Of a stretch of DNA of 64,000 nt, positions 38,902 through 47,530 are shown piece after piece. Origin of the DNA: a bacterium. Its GTDB lineage: Bacteria; Krumholzibacteriota; Krumholzibacteriia; LZORAL124-64-63. The notes under the pieces were generated by a model that saw only the letters and a program-made list of their open reading frames with translations, was not told the DNA's origin and ran no database searches. A program made the translations under genes and the position numbers. The DNA is taken from contig JANOEP010000016.1 of assembly GCA_031441465.1 (NCBI GenBank), forward strand, positions 129,301-193,300, read 5' to 3'. Each line of letters opens with the position of its first letter. Positions within the stretch are counted from its first letter, which is position 1.

Positions 38902-40193
38902 GGTGAAGTCTCCTGTCGTTTCAAGGCCAGCCGCCGCTGTGCGGCGCCCAGGGCCAGGCCCAGGGCGCCCCAGACGACGGCGACCGGCACGGTCGAAAGA
39001 GCGAGACCGGCCAGGCCCAAGCCCGCCCGTCCCAGGACAGTGTACAGCGAAGCGCCCAGGGCGTCGCCGCCCCGGTAGACGAAGGTGTCGAGGAAGCTCT
39101 TGGACTTGAATCTCTGCTCCCGCGTCACCACGGTGAACAGCGTCTCGCGCGCCGGGTGCATCAGCGCGTAGTTGGACGCGCGGCGCAGGATTTGGAAGAC
39201 CGCCAGCACGGTCAGGGTCGGCACGGCGCCCAGGACGGCGAAGCCGGCGGCGGTCAGCGCCGGGACGATCAGCAGCGTGCCGCCGACGCCCAGCCGCGGG
39301 ATCAGACGCCCGGCCACGCCCAGCTGCAGCAGCAGGGTCAGCCCGTTCACCGCTGCGTCGATGCGGGCGAAGATCGCGGCGCGCGCCTCGCGGTCGACTG
39401 CGGCGGCCTCGACGATGTTCGCCTGGGCGAAGTAGAGGATCGTCGAGGACACGGTATAGAGCACCAGGTAGAGGGCGACGCCCAGCAGGTAGGGGGAGCG
39501 GGCGGTGGCGACGATCCCGCTCAGCGCGCCGGCGCGTCGCGGCGCGTCGCAGATCTCGCCTTCGGGCGTCTCGCCGTCCCCGCGCGCCGGCAGTCGCATC
39601 GGCAGCGCGCGCAGGCAGCGCACGGCCAATTCCAGCATCGCCGCCGAAATCAGCAGCAGGTCGGCGCGGCCCACGCTTCCGACCAGCAGGGCCGTCAGGC
39701 CGGCGCCGGCCAGCCCGCCGGCGCTGCCGCCCACGGCGATGAATCCGAACAGCCGCTTGCTGCGCTCCAGGCTCCAGCCGTCGGCCATCACCGCCCAGAA
39801 CAGCGACACCACCCACATGTTGAACACGCTGACCCAGACGTAGAAGACGCGGCCCAGGGCCAGGTCCGAACCGGCGGGCGGCCAGCGCAGCAGCGCCCAG
39901 AACACGAGCAGGCAGGCGATGAAGAAACGGTAGGCGGCGGTCACGAAGACGCGCCGAGGGAAGCGGTCGACCAGCATCCCGAACAGGGGCGCCGCCAGCA
40001 GCATGATGCCCAGGTTGACGAGGTAGAGCCGGGGCAGGCCGTCCACGCCGCCGGCGATGCCCATCTCCTCGCGCAACGGCCGCAGGATGTAGTAGCCGCA
40101 CAGCACGCAGAAGAAGAAGGCGGCCGACAACAGGACGGCGGCCGACTCCTCCCGGCGCACGGGCGCGAGCCTGGTAAGCCAACGGGTGATCAT
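38898..40193 (-). CDS. NTP/NDP exchange transporter-like (TLC/Npt) MFS protein
   Basis: YYILRPLRE, FYVWVSVFN, KRLFGFI, PARETLF and DTFVYRGGD motifs. Confidence 0.85.
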   Translation of the reverse strand: MITRWLTRLAPVRREESAAVLLSAAFFFCVLCGYYILRPLREEMGIAGGVDGLPRLYLVNLGIMLLAAPLFGMLVDRFPRRVFVTAAYRFFIACLLVFWALLRWPPAGSDLALGRVFYVWVSVFNMWVVSLFWAVMADGWSLERSKRLFGFIAVGGSAGGLAGAGLTALLVGSVGRADLLLISAAMLELAVRCLRALPMRLPARGDGETPEGEICDAPRRAGALSGIVATARSPYLLGVALYLVLYTVSSTILYFAQANIVEAAAVDREARAAIFARIDAAVNGLTLLLQLGVAGRLIPRLGVGGTLLIVPALTAAGFAVLGAVPTLTVLAVFQILRRASNYALMHPARETLFTVVTREQRFKSKSFLDTFVYRGGDALGASLYTVLGRAGLGLAGLALSTVPVAVVWGALGLALGAAQRRLALKRQETSP

Positions 40194-40269
40194 GGCACGA
40201 CCTTAACAGGGACCCGACGGGGACGACAGCGGGGAAGTACGGAGGCGGGCGGGAGAAGTTTGTCCTGGA

Positions 40270-40400
40270 GCAGCACATCCTGCCGTGACAGGGGCGTCCT
40301 GCAGGCCCCGCAGCCAGGATGGCGGAGGGGCCGGAAGGTCGAGCGCTCCGGGCGCACGAGGCGCCCGGAGCGCGCCCCCTGTCACGGCAGGATGTGCTGC
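40270..40400 (-). repeat. Structured two-hairpin repeat element, copy D
   Basis: Perfect 25-bp outer IR (40270-40294 / 40376-40400); the right arm encodes QHILP* of the upstream minus-strand gene; loops CTCGT and ATCCT. Confidence 0.85.
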
Positions 40401-41272
40401 CACCGTTCGGCGATGCGGCGCTCGTCCAGACCACGCCAGAAGGCCAGGACGCCGTCGAGCATGTCGTGCCCGCCCTGCAGGAACTTCTCCTGGTCGAACC
40501 CTGCGGTGAAGAAGGCTTCCACCAGCTCGTCCATGACGTGGCCGGCGTGCTGGTCCTCGATGCGGTCGTGCCAGGTGAAGAAGGCCAGCGGCAGGTCCGG
40601 CTGCTCGCTCCGTTTGAAGGCGTCGAGGCCGGCGATCAGTTCCTTCCAGAAGCCGGCGGCGGCCCAGTTCTCCACCGCGAAGCTGGCGCCCTCGGCGATG
40701 TTCGCGTCGGCGCTGCCGTAGATCTCGGCCAGGCGGTCGCAGAAGAACAGGGTCGAGGGCGTGCCGTGCCGCCGCTTGCCCATGTCGTTGAAGCCCAGGC
40801 CGAGCTTCTCGCCGATCTTCAGCAGCCACTCGAAGTGGGCGGCCCGGAAGCGGAACTGGCCTCCATCGACGGAGCCCTCGATCGAGACCAGCTCGGGGTC
40901 GCCCTGCCGGTCGGCGTCGTCGCCGCCGGGACGGCCGCCGGCGCTGTTGAAGATGACGCCGATCTCGTTGGCGAGGATCTCCTTCGAGGCGCGCATCCCT
41001 TCCAGCGAGGAGGCGTTGATCGTCTTGAGCAACTGGGCCACCAGGAAGAGGTTCGAGAAGACGGAGAACTGGACGATCATGTGCGTGACATCGGCGCGCC
41101 CGGCTTCGCCGCTCCCGAACCAGCGCGTGTAGGCGTTGTCGGTGATGACCGGGTGCTGCATCAGGCGGCGGTTGCAGGTCGCCACGAAAGCCTCGAAACG
41201 GTCGGCGTCCGCGCGGGACACCGCGCCGGCCGCGACACGGCTGCGGAATTCCTGGGAAACGGTGAGCTGCAT
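40382..41272 (-). CDS. Heme-oxygenase-like diiron (HDO; TenA/PqqC/CADD superfamily) protein
   Basis: HP motif, ILANEIG, AHFEW, ENWA and WHDRIEDQHAGH candidate metal ligands; AGGAGG RBS. Confidence 0.65.
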   Translation of the reverse strand: MQLTVSQEFRSRVAAGAVSRADADRFEAFVATCNRRLMQHPVITDNAYTRWFGSGEAGRADVTHMIVQFSVFSNLFLVAQLLKTINASSLEGMRASKEILANEIGVIFNSAGGRPGGDDADRQGDPELVSIEGSVDGGQFRFRAAHFEWLLKIGEKLGLGFNDMGKRRHGTPSTLFFCDRLAEIYGSADANIAEGASFAVENWAAAGFWKELIAGLDAFKRSEQPDLPLAFFTWHDRIEDQHAGHVMDELVEAFFTAGFDQEKFLQGGHDMLDGVLAFWRGLDERRIAERWQHILP

Positions 41273-41426
41273 CGGCGACCTCCTGACTCTGGATGGATCA
41301 CGGACAGAGTCGACAGGATAACTCCGACATTGTGCGGCGCCACGTCGATGCGCGTGCTGGTCAAGGTGGGGGGCGTGTGGTAGCATGGGTTGAAGGGACA
41401 CCGGTCCGGCTGCGAGGCTTGGCGGT

Positions 41427-41453
41427 GTAACTTGATATAAGAAAGTAAGTTAC
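41427..41453. promoter_or_regulatory. AT-rich palindromic site between divergent genes
   Basis: GTAACTT-N13-AAGTTAC. Confidence 0.5.
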
Positions 41454-41492
41454 TTGTTCGATAGATCTGGCCGACAGGGTGGGGAGCGCCGC

Positions 41493-42287
41493 ATGGGATT
41501 CCGGTACGGGGAGGTCCTGAACCTCTGGCGACGGTGGACGGGGCTGGGGAAACCGAGGCCCGAGACCCGTGCGGCCCGTGAACCCGTCAGCCCCGCGATC
41601 GTCCCCCGGATCCTCGAGCAGGCCCTGCGCCAGGTCGAACTGCTGCGCGCCTCCGGACGCGATCTGCACGGCGCCACGGTGCTGGAGGTCGGCACCGGCG
41701 CAGCGCCGATCGTGCCCCTGATCTACAGCCTCGCCGGCGGCGACGACATCATCCTGGTGGACCATGTGCGCACCCTCGACCAGGATCTCCTGGTCCGCAC
41801 GGCCTTCAACCTGAGGGGCCACTCGCGCGAGATCTCCGCACGGCTGGACCTGTCCGAGCGCGATATCCTGCAGCGGCTGCGGGTGGTCGACGACGAGACC
41901 GTCTTCGCGGTGCTCCGGCAGTTCCACATGCAGTACCTCGCACCCTACGATCTGCTCGAGGCGACGCTGCCCGACCACGGCATCGACATCGTCACCGGCA
42001 GCGACCTGATGCAACAGTTCACCCCCCGCTACCTGCGCGCGATGATGCCGGTGATCGGCCGGCTCCTGCGGCCCGAGGGGCTCTTCTGCCACTGCGTCGA
42101 CCGTGCCGACCGGCTCGCCGCGGTGGCCCTGCTGCGCGAGTCGGGCTTCGGCATCGTGTCCGAGGAGACCGAACCCATCCTGCGCGTGGTCACGGACGAC
42201 GAGCCGGCGGCCCTACGCACCACACCGCCCGACTCCTTCCTGCTGGCCTCCTGGCAAGGCGGCGCCCTGCGGGCGGACGAGCGCTGA
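41493..42287 (+). CDS. SAM-dependent methyltransferase-like protein (divergent)
   Basis: VLEVGTG motif I, DIVTGSDLMQ and RLLRPEG. Confidence 0.65.
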   Translation: MGFRYGEVLNLWRRWTGLGKPRPETRAAREPVSPAIVPRILEQALRQVELLRASGRDLHGATVLEVGTGAAPIVPLIYSLAGGDDIILVDHVRTLDQDLLVRTAFNLRGHSREISARLDLSERDILQRLRVVDDETVFAVLRQFHMQYLAPYDLLEATLPDHGIDIVTGSDLMQQFTPRYLRAMMPVIGRLLRPEGLFCHCVDRADRLAAVALLRESGFGIVSEETEPILRVVTDDEPAALRTTPPDSFLLASWQGGALRADER

Positions 42288-42311
42288 CCGTCCGAACACG
42301 GAGGCCCCGCC

Positions 42312-44075
42312 GTGCAGAACCTTGCCCTCGACATCAGGGAACGGGCCCGTCGTCACGGCGCGCGCATCGCGATGCGTCACAAGTCCGACGGCCGCTGGCA
42401 GGAAATCACCTACGCGGAACTCGACACGACGGTCGAACGCCTGGCGGCCGGGCTGGTGCGCCTCGGCGTGGCCCGGGGCGACCGCGTGGCGCTGTTCGCG
42501 CCCAACATGCCGGCCTGGAGCCTGTGCGACCTCGCCGTGCTGTCGATCGGGGCGGTGACGGTTCCGGTCTACGCCACGAGCACCGCCGAGCAGCTCGCGG
42601 CGATCGTCGCTGATTCCGGCGCGCTGGTGTTGATCGCCGGCACGCCGCAAGAAGCGGTGACCGCGGCGGTGGCCGCCGCCGGCCGGACCCTGATCCTGTG
42701 CGAAGGGGAAGCGCCCGCGGAGGCGCCGGGCGCGATTTCCTTGGCGGCGCTGACCGCAGCCGCGATCGAGCCCGAGATCGCCGCCGAACTGCGCCGGCGC
42801 GAGGCTGCGGCGAGCGACGACGACCTCGCCACGATCATCTACACCTCGGGCACGACCGGCGACCCCAAGGGCGTCCTGCTGACGCACGCCAACTTCCGCG
42901 GCCAGTTCGCGTCCCTCGGCCGCCGTTTCGCGTTCGGCCCTGATGACCACTCGCTCTGTTTCCTGCCGCTGAGTCACGTGTACGAGCGGGCCTGGTCCTA
43001 CTACGTCTACCTCACGGGCGCCCGCAACTCCTTCGTCGCCGATCCCAAGCAGGTCGTGGCCCACCTCGCGGAGGTGCGGCCGACGGCGATGGTGTCGGCG
43101 CCGCGCCTCTACGAAAAGGTGCACGCCGCCGTGCACGAGAAGGTCTCCCGCGCGCCGCGCCTGCGCCGCGCCCTGTTCCACTGGGCCGTGCGTATCGGCG
43201 GCGAGTACCAGTCCGCGCGTCGCGGACCAGGCGGCGCCGGTCCGGGTCTGCGCTGGCGCCACGCCCTGGCCGACCGCCTCGTGCTGCGCCGGATCCGCGA
43301 CCTGATGGGCGGCCCCAAGAGCGTCCTGTCCGCGGGCGGCGCGCCGCTGTCCCCGGACATCGAGAACTTCTTCTTGGCGGCGGGCTTGCTGATCTGCCAA
43401 GGCTACGGGCTGACCGAGACGGCGCCCATGATCGCCTGCAACGCGCCCGGCGCCTGCCGGTTCGGCACCGTGGGCAAGCCCATCGACGGCGTCGAGGTGC
43501 GCATCTCCGAAGAAGGGGAGATCCTCGTGCGCGGCCCGAACGTCACCGCCGGCTACCACAACCGGCCGGCGGACACCGCCGCCGCCCTGCGCGACGGCTG
43601 GCTCCACACCGGCGACGTCGGGCACCTCGACGCGGACGGGTACCTGGTGGTCACCGACCGCCTCAAGGACCTGATCGTCACTTCGACCGGCAAGAACATC
43701 GCGCCGCAGCGCATCGAAACGCTCGTGGGCGGCGATCACTTCATCGACCAGCTGGCCGTCGTCGGCGACCGTCGCCAGTATGTCAGCGCCCTGGTCGTGC
43801 CGGCCTTCGAGGCGCTCAAGGCGTGGGCGGAGGAGAAGCGCATCGCCTTCCGCGACCACGAAGACCTGATCGCCAAGCCCGAAGTCGTGCAACTCATGGA
43901 GGAGCGGATCCGCTCGCGCTCCCTGCAGCTCGCGCCCTTCGAGACGATCCGGAAGTTCACGCTGCTGGCCAAGCAGTTCACGCAGCAGGCCGGTGAAATC
44001 ACCCCGACGCTGAAGGTCCGCCGCAAGGTGATCGCCGAGCGCTACCGCCACCTGATCGACCGCATGTACAATTGA
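42312..44075 (+). CDS. Long-chain fatty-acid--CoA ligase (AMP-binding, FadD15-like)
   Basis: YTSGTTGDPKG, QGYGLTET, WLHTGDVG, DRLKDLIVTSTGKNIAP and TPTLKVRR motifs. Confidence 0.93.
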   Translation: MQNLALDIRERARRHGARIAMRHKSDGRWQEITYAELDTTVERLAAGLVRLGVARGDRVALFAPNMPAWSLCDLAVLSIGAVTVPVYATSTAEQLAAIVADSGALVLIAGTPQEAVTAAVAAAGRTLILCEGEAPAEAPGAISLAALTAAAIEPEIAAELRRREAAASDDDLATIIYTSGTTGDPKGVLLTHANFRGQFASLGRRFAFGPDDHSLCFLPLSHVYERAWSYYVYLTGARNSFVADPKQVVAHLAEVRPTAMVSAPRLYEKVHAAVHEKVSRAPRLRRALFHWAVRIGGEYQSARRGPGGAGPGLRWRHALADRLVLRRIRDLMGGPKSVLSAGGAPLSPDIENFFLAAGLLICQGYGLTETAPMIACNAPGACRFGTVGKPIDGVEVRISEEGEILVRGPNVTAGYHNRPADTAAALRDGWLHTGDVGHLDADGYLVVTDRLKDLIVTSTGKNIAPQRIETLVGGDHFIDQLAVVGDRRQYVSALVVPAFEALKAWAEEKRIAFRDHEDLIAKPEVVQLMEERIRSRSLQLAPFETIRKFTLLAKQFTQQAGEITPTLKVRRKVIAERYRHLIDRMYN

Positions 44076-44085
44076 GGGCCGGGCA

Positions 44086-44125
44086 CGCAAAGGCGGCGTG
44101 GGAAGGGACCCACGCCGCCTTTGCG
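44086..44125. terminator. Probable bidirectional terminator
   Basis: 17-bp perfect IR cgcaaaggcggcgtggg / cccacgccgcctttgcg between convergent genes. Confidence 0.75.
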
Positions 44126-44139
44126 CACCCAGCCCGTTC

Positions 44140-44817
44140 TTAGCGGGTGTCGGTCTTCGTGAAGATGTAGGGGCCTTTGATCGCGCCCCAGACCTGCTGG
44201 CCGTCCTTGTCGTAGCCGCGGTCCCAGGACTTCAGCCACATCGCGGTGACGGTCACTTCGGACGTCGCGTAGGACGCGCCGTCGAGTTCGCTGGCGCAGT
44301 TTTTGCCGTCGGTCGCGCCCTTGAAGGTGAAGTCGTCGACCTTGTCCAGGGTGACCCCGCAGCCGGTCTTCGGGGTGAGCTGCTCGGGCGTGAGGGCGGC
44401 GAAGCGGGCCGGGTCGTTCCAGGCCCCGGCGAATTCGGCCTCGCCGGGCAGGGTGTAGACGTCGCTGACGTAGCTGTCGGCGTCCTTGCGCGTGAGGCGG
44501 TAGACGCGCTGGCGGTAGGGAGCCGCGGCGCCCGCGACGGTCTGCTCGACGTAGAGCCAGACGCCGTCGCCGCGCGAGGGCCAGATCTGGGACATCTCCA
44601 GGCGGATGTCGCGGAATTCGGCATCCTCGGCCGCCTGCGGGGCGCTGCTGAAGGAGCCGGTCATCAGCTTGGACATCGCCAGCAACTGCGTGTCCGGAGG
44701 CGTGGGCGGCGTGTAGTCGTAGAACTTCTCGCCCAGCAAGCCGCCGCAGCCCGTCAGGACCGCCGCCAGGCCGGCCAGGATCGTCAGGAGGCACAGGGTC
44801 CGCACGGCCGTCGTCAT
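44140..44817 (-). CDS. CpcT/CpeT chromophore-lyase-like lipoprotein
   Basis: Lipobox LTGC; MTGSFSS..QA, WLYVEQ..PYRQRVY, GC, SWDRGYD..QVWG..GPY motifs. Confidence 0.82.
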   Translation of the reverse strand: MTTAVRTLCLLTILAGLAAVLTGCGGLLGEKFYDYTPPTPPDTQLLAMSKLMTGSFSSAPQAAEDAEFRDIRLEMSQIWPSRGDGVWLYVEQTVAGAAAPYRQRVYRLTRKDADSYVSDVYTLPGEAEFAGAWNDPARFAALTPEQLTPKTGCGVTLDKVDDFTFKGATDGKNCASELDGASYATSEVTVTAMWLKSWDRGYDKDGQQVWGAIKGPYIFTKTDTR

Positions 44818-44908
44818 CGTTCTCTCCTCTTTGGGAAACCGCCGGTTCGCACCGCCTTGAATTTGCGCTGCCGGCGCCCGTCTGTCCACCCCCGGATGCG
44901 TCCGGGCC

Positions 44909-44930
44909 GATTTCATCAAGATTTCACAGA
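44909..44930 (+). promoter_or_regulatory. Putative Pho box (OmpR/PhoB-type direct repeat)
   Basis: GATTTCATCAA-GATTTCACAGA, 11-bp period, about 77 bp upstream of the phoB-like gene. Confidence 0.6.
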
Positions 44931-45006
44931 CAGGGAGGGCTCCGGTGCCTATCATGGGTGCGGCGTCGTTCCGCTGCGCAGCGGCCGGGCGCCGGGAGGT
45001 GACGGC

Positions 45007-45693
45007 ATGGCCAAGGACACGATCCTGATCGTCGAGGACGAGGAGGACATCCAGGAACTCGTCCGCTACACCCTGGAGCGCGAAGGCCACACCGTGGTGG
45101 CCGCCGACACGGGCGAGAAGGGGCTGGCCGCCGTCCGCGGGGCGCGCCCGGCGCTGATCCTGCTGGACCTGATGCTGCCCGGCCTCGACGGCAAGGAAAT
45201 CTGCCGGCGGCTCAAGCAGGACGAGGACACCCGCTCCATCCCGGTGATCATGCTGACGGCCAGGGGCGAGGAGGCCGACATCGTGGCCGGCCTGGAACTC
45301 GGCGCGGACGACTACATCACCAAACCCTTCAGCACCAAGGTGCTCGCGGCGCGGGTCGGCGCGGTGCTGAGGCGGACGGCGCGCGGCGCGCCGGCGCCGC
45401 AGGACGTGATCGAGATCGACGACCTGAAGATCCATCCCGGCCGGCACGAGGTGACCGTGGCCGAGCGCAAGGTCGACCTGTCCTCCACGGAGTTCGGCAT
45501 CCTGCAGTTCCTGGCCCGCCGACCCGGTTGGGTCTTCACGCGGCGCCAGATCGTCCGCGGGGTCCACGGCGAGGACCACCCGGTCCTGGACCGCTCCATC
45601 GACGTGCAGATCGCCTCGTTGCGCCGCAAGCTCGGTGACCGCGGCGACCTGGTGGAGACCGTCCGCGGCGTCGGTTACCGGTTTGCCGAGTAG
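45007..45693 (+). CDS. phoB: PhoB/OmpR family response regulator
   Basis: IVEDE, LLDLMLPG, GADDYITKPF, RSIDVQIASLRRKL and ETVRGVGY; upstream of a PhoR-like kinase. Confidence 0.85.
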   Translation: MAKDTILIVEDEEDIQELVRYTLEREGHTVVAADTGEKGLAAVRGARPALILLDLMLPGLDGKEICRRLKQDEDTRSIPVIMLTARGEEADIVAGLELGADDYITKPFSTKVLAARVGAVLRRTARGAPAPQDVIEIDDLKIHPGRHEVTVAERKVDLSSTEFGILQFLARRPGWVFTRRQIVRGVHGEDHPVLDRSIDVQIASLRRKLGDRGDLVETVRGVGYRFAE

Positions 45694-45721
45694 AGCGGGC
45701 GCCGCGGGTCGGACCGGGGCC

Positions 45722-47527
45722 ATGGGCCGGCGCCGCCTGTTCTGGCAGCTCTTCCCCACCTTCGTGGCGATCACCGCCCTGTCGTTGCTCGCCGTCTCCG
45801 CCCTGACCGCGCACGTCGTGCGCACCTCCTTCCGGGACCGCGCCACGGCCGACATGCGGCGCGACGCCGACGTGATCGCCTCCAGCTTCGATTCCTGGTT
45901 CCCCGCCGCCGCGCCGCCGGCCGCGCGCGACACGGCGTGCCGGGATCTGGCCCGGAGCCTGGGCGTTCGCCTCACGGTCGTCGCGCCCGACGGGACGGTG
46001 CTCGGCGATTCCGACGGGGACTCCGCCGGGATGGAGAACCACGCCGGCCGCGAGGAAGTGCGCGCAGGGCTCGCCGGCAACCCGGCCACGGCGATTCACG
46101 AGAGCCGCACCCTAGGGCACAAGCTCATCTACTTCGCGTTGCCCGTGGTCCGCGGCGGCTCGACGGTGGCCGTGCTGCGCCTGGCGGTTTCCGCGGCCGT
46201 CGTCGAAGCCGAACTGGCCGCCATCCGGACCCGGATCGCCCTGAGCGCCCTCGCGGTGGCGCTGCTGGCGGCGGCGGTCAGCCTGTGGATCAGCCGCCGC
46301 CTGAGCCGGCCCCTCGAGCAGCTGCGGCGCAGCGCGGAACAGTTCGCGGCCGGCGACCTGGACCAGCGCTCCCCGCCGGCGGCGACCCGCGAGATCGCCC
46401 AGCTGGCCGAGGCCATGAACACGATGGCGGCGCAGCTCGACGACCGCATCCGGACCGCGGAGCGCCAGCGCGACGAACTCGAAGCGGTGTTCGCCGGCAT
46501 GGTCGAGGGAGTCCTGCTGATCGACGCCCGCCAGAGCATCGCCAGCCTGAACCAGGCCGGCGCCGACCTGCTGGGCGTGCCGTGGGCGGGCGCCGCGGGC
46601 CGCACCGTACCCGAGGCGCTCCGACACGCCGCGCTGCAGCGCTTCATCGAACGCACGACGGGCGAGGCGGCGGCCGCCGCTTGCGAAGCCGACCTGGAAC
46701 TGCCGGGCGCCGACGGCGAGACGGTCCACCTGCGGGTTCACGGGGTGCGGCTGGAGCGTCCCGGGGAACCGCCGCGCACCTTGATCGTCATGCACGACGT
46801 GACCCGCATGCGCAAGCTGGAGAACGTGCGCCAGGAGTTCGTGGCCAACGTGTCCCACGAACTCAAGACGCCCGTCACCTCGATCAAGGGCTTCGTCGAG
46901 ACCCTGCGCGACGGCGCGCTCGAAAACCCCGCCGACGCGCGGCGCTTCCTGGACATCGTGGCCCGGCAGGCCGACCGGCTGCAGGCGATCATCGAGGACC
47001 TGCTCTGCCTGTCGCGCCTCGAGCAGGGCACCGGCCAGACGAGTCGTGAGATGGGTGTCTACCCGGTGGCCGGCGTCCTGGCCGCCGCCGTGCAGACCTG
47101 CCAGCCCCACGCCGACACGCGCGGCACGCTGCTGTCGGTGGCGTGCGACCCGGCGCTGCGGGCCCACATCGATCCGCCGCTGCTGGAGCAGGCTCTGGTC
47201 AACCTCATCGAGAACGCCATCAAGTACAACGAGGACGGCACGCGGGTCACGGTGTCGGCGCGCCAGGAGGGGGAAGCGGTGCGCATCGCCGTGGCCGACG
47301 ACGGCCGGGGCATCGAGGCCCGCCACCTGCCGCGCATCTTCGAGCGGTTCTACCGCGTCGACCGGGCCCGCAGCCGGCAGGAGGGCGGCACCGGCCTGGG
47401 CCTGGCCATCGTCAAGCACATCGCGCTGTTCCACGGCGGGGAGGTGGGTGTGCGCTCGTCGCCCGGCGGCGGCAGCGAGTTCACGCTCACGCTGCCGCTG
47501 CGGCCGACCGCGACCCGCCCGGTCTGA
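45722..47527 (+). CDS. phoR: PhoR-like sensor histidine kinase (HAMP-PAS-HisKA-HATPase)
   Basis: MENH..R.E periplasmic motif, FVANVSHELKTP, NAIKY and FERFYRVDRARSR..GGTGLGL. Confidence 0.85.
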   Translation: MGRRRLFWQLFPTFVAITALSLLAVSALTAHVVRTSFRDRATADMRRDADVIASSFDSWFPAAAPPAARDTACRDLARSLGVRLTVVAPDGTVLGDSDGDSAGMENHAGREEVRAGLAGNPATAIHESRTLGHKLIYFALPVVRGGSTVAVLRLAVSAAVVEAELAAIRTRIALSALAVALLAAAVSLWISRRLSRPLEQLRRSAEQFAAGDLDQRSPPAATREIAQLAEAMNTMAAQLDDRIRTAERQRDELEAVFAGMVEGVLLIDARQSIASLNQAGADLLGVPWAGAAGRTVPEALRHAALQRFIERTTGEAAAAACEADLELPGADGETVHLRVHGVRLERPGEPPRTLIVMHDVTRMRKLENVRQEFVANVSHELKTPVTSIKGFVETLRDGALENPADARRFLDIVARQADRLQAIIEDLLCLSRLEQGTGQTSREMGVYPVAGVLAAAVQTCQPHADTRGTLLSVACDPALRAHIDPPLLEQALVNLIENAIKYNEDGTRVTVSARQEGEAVRIAVADDGRGIEARHLPRIFERFYRVDRARSRQEGGTGLGLAIVKHIALFHGGEVGVRSSPGGGSEFTLTLPLRPTATRPV

Positions 47528-47530
47528 GCC

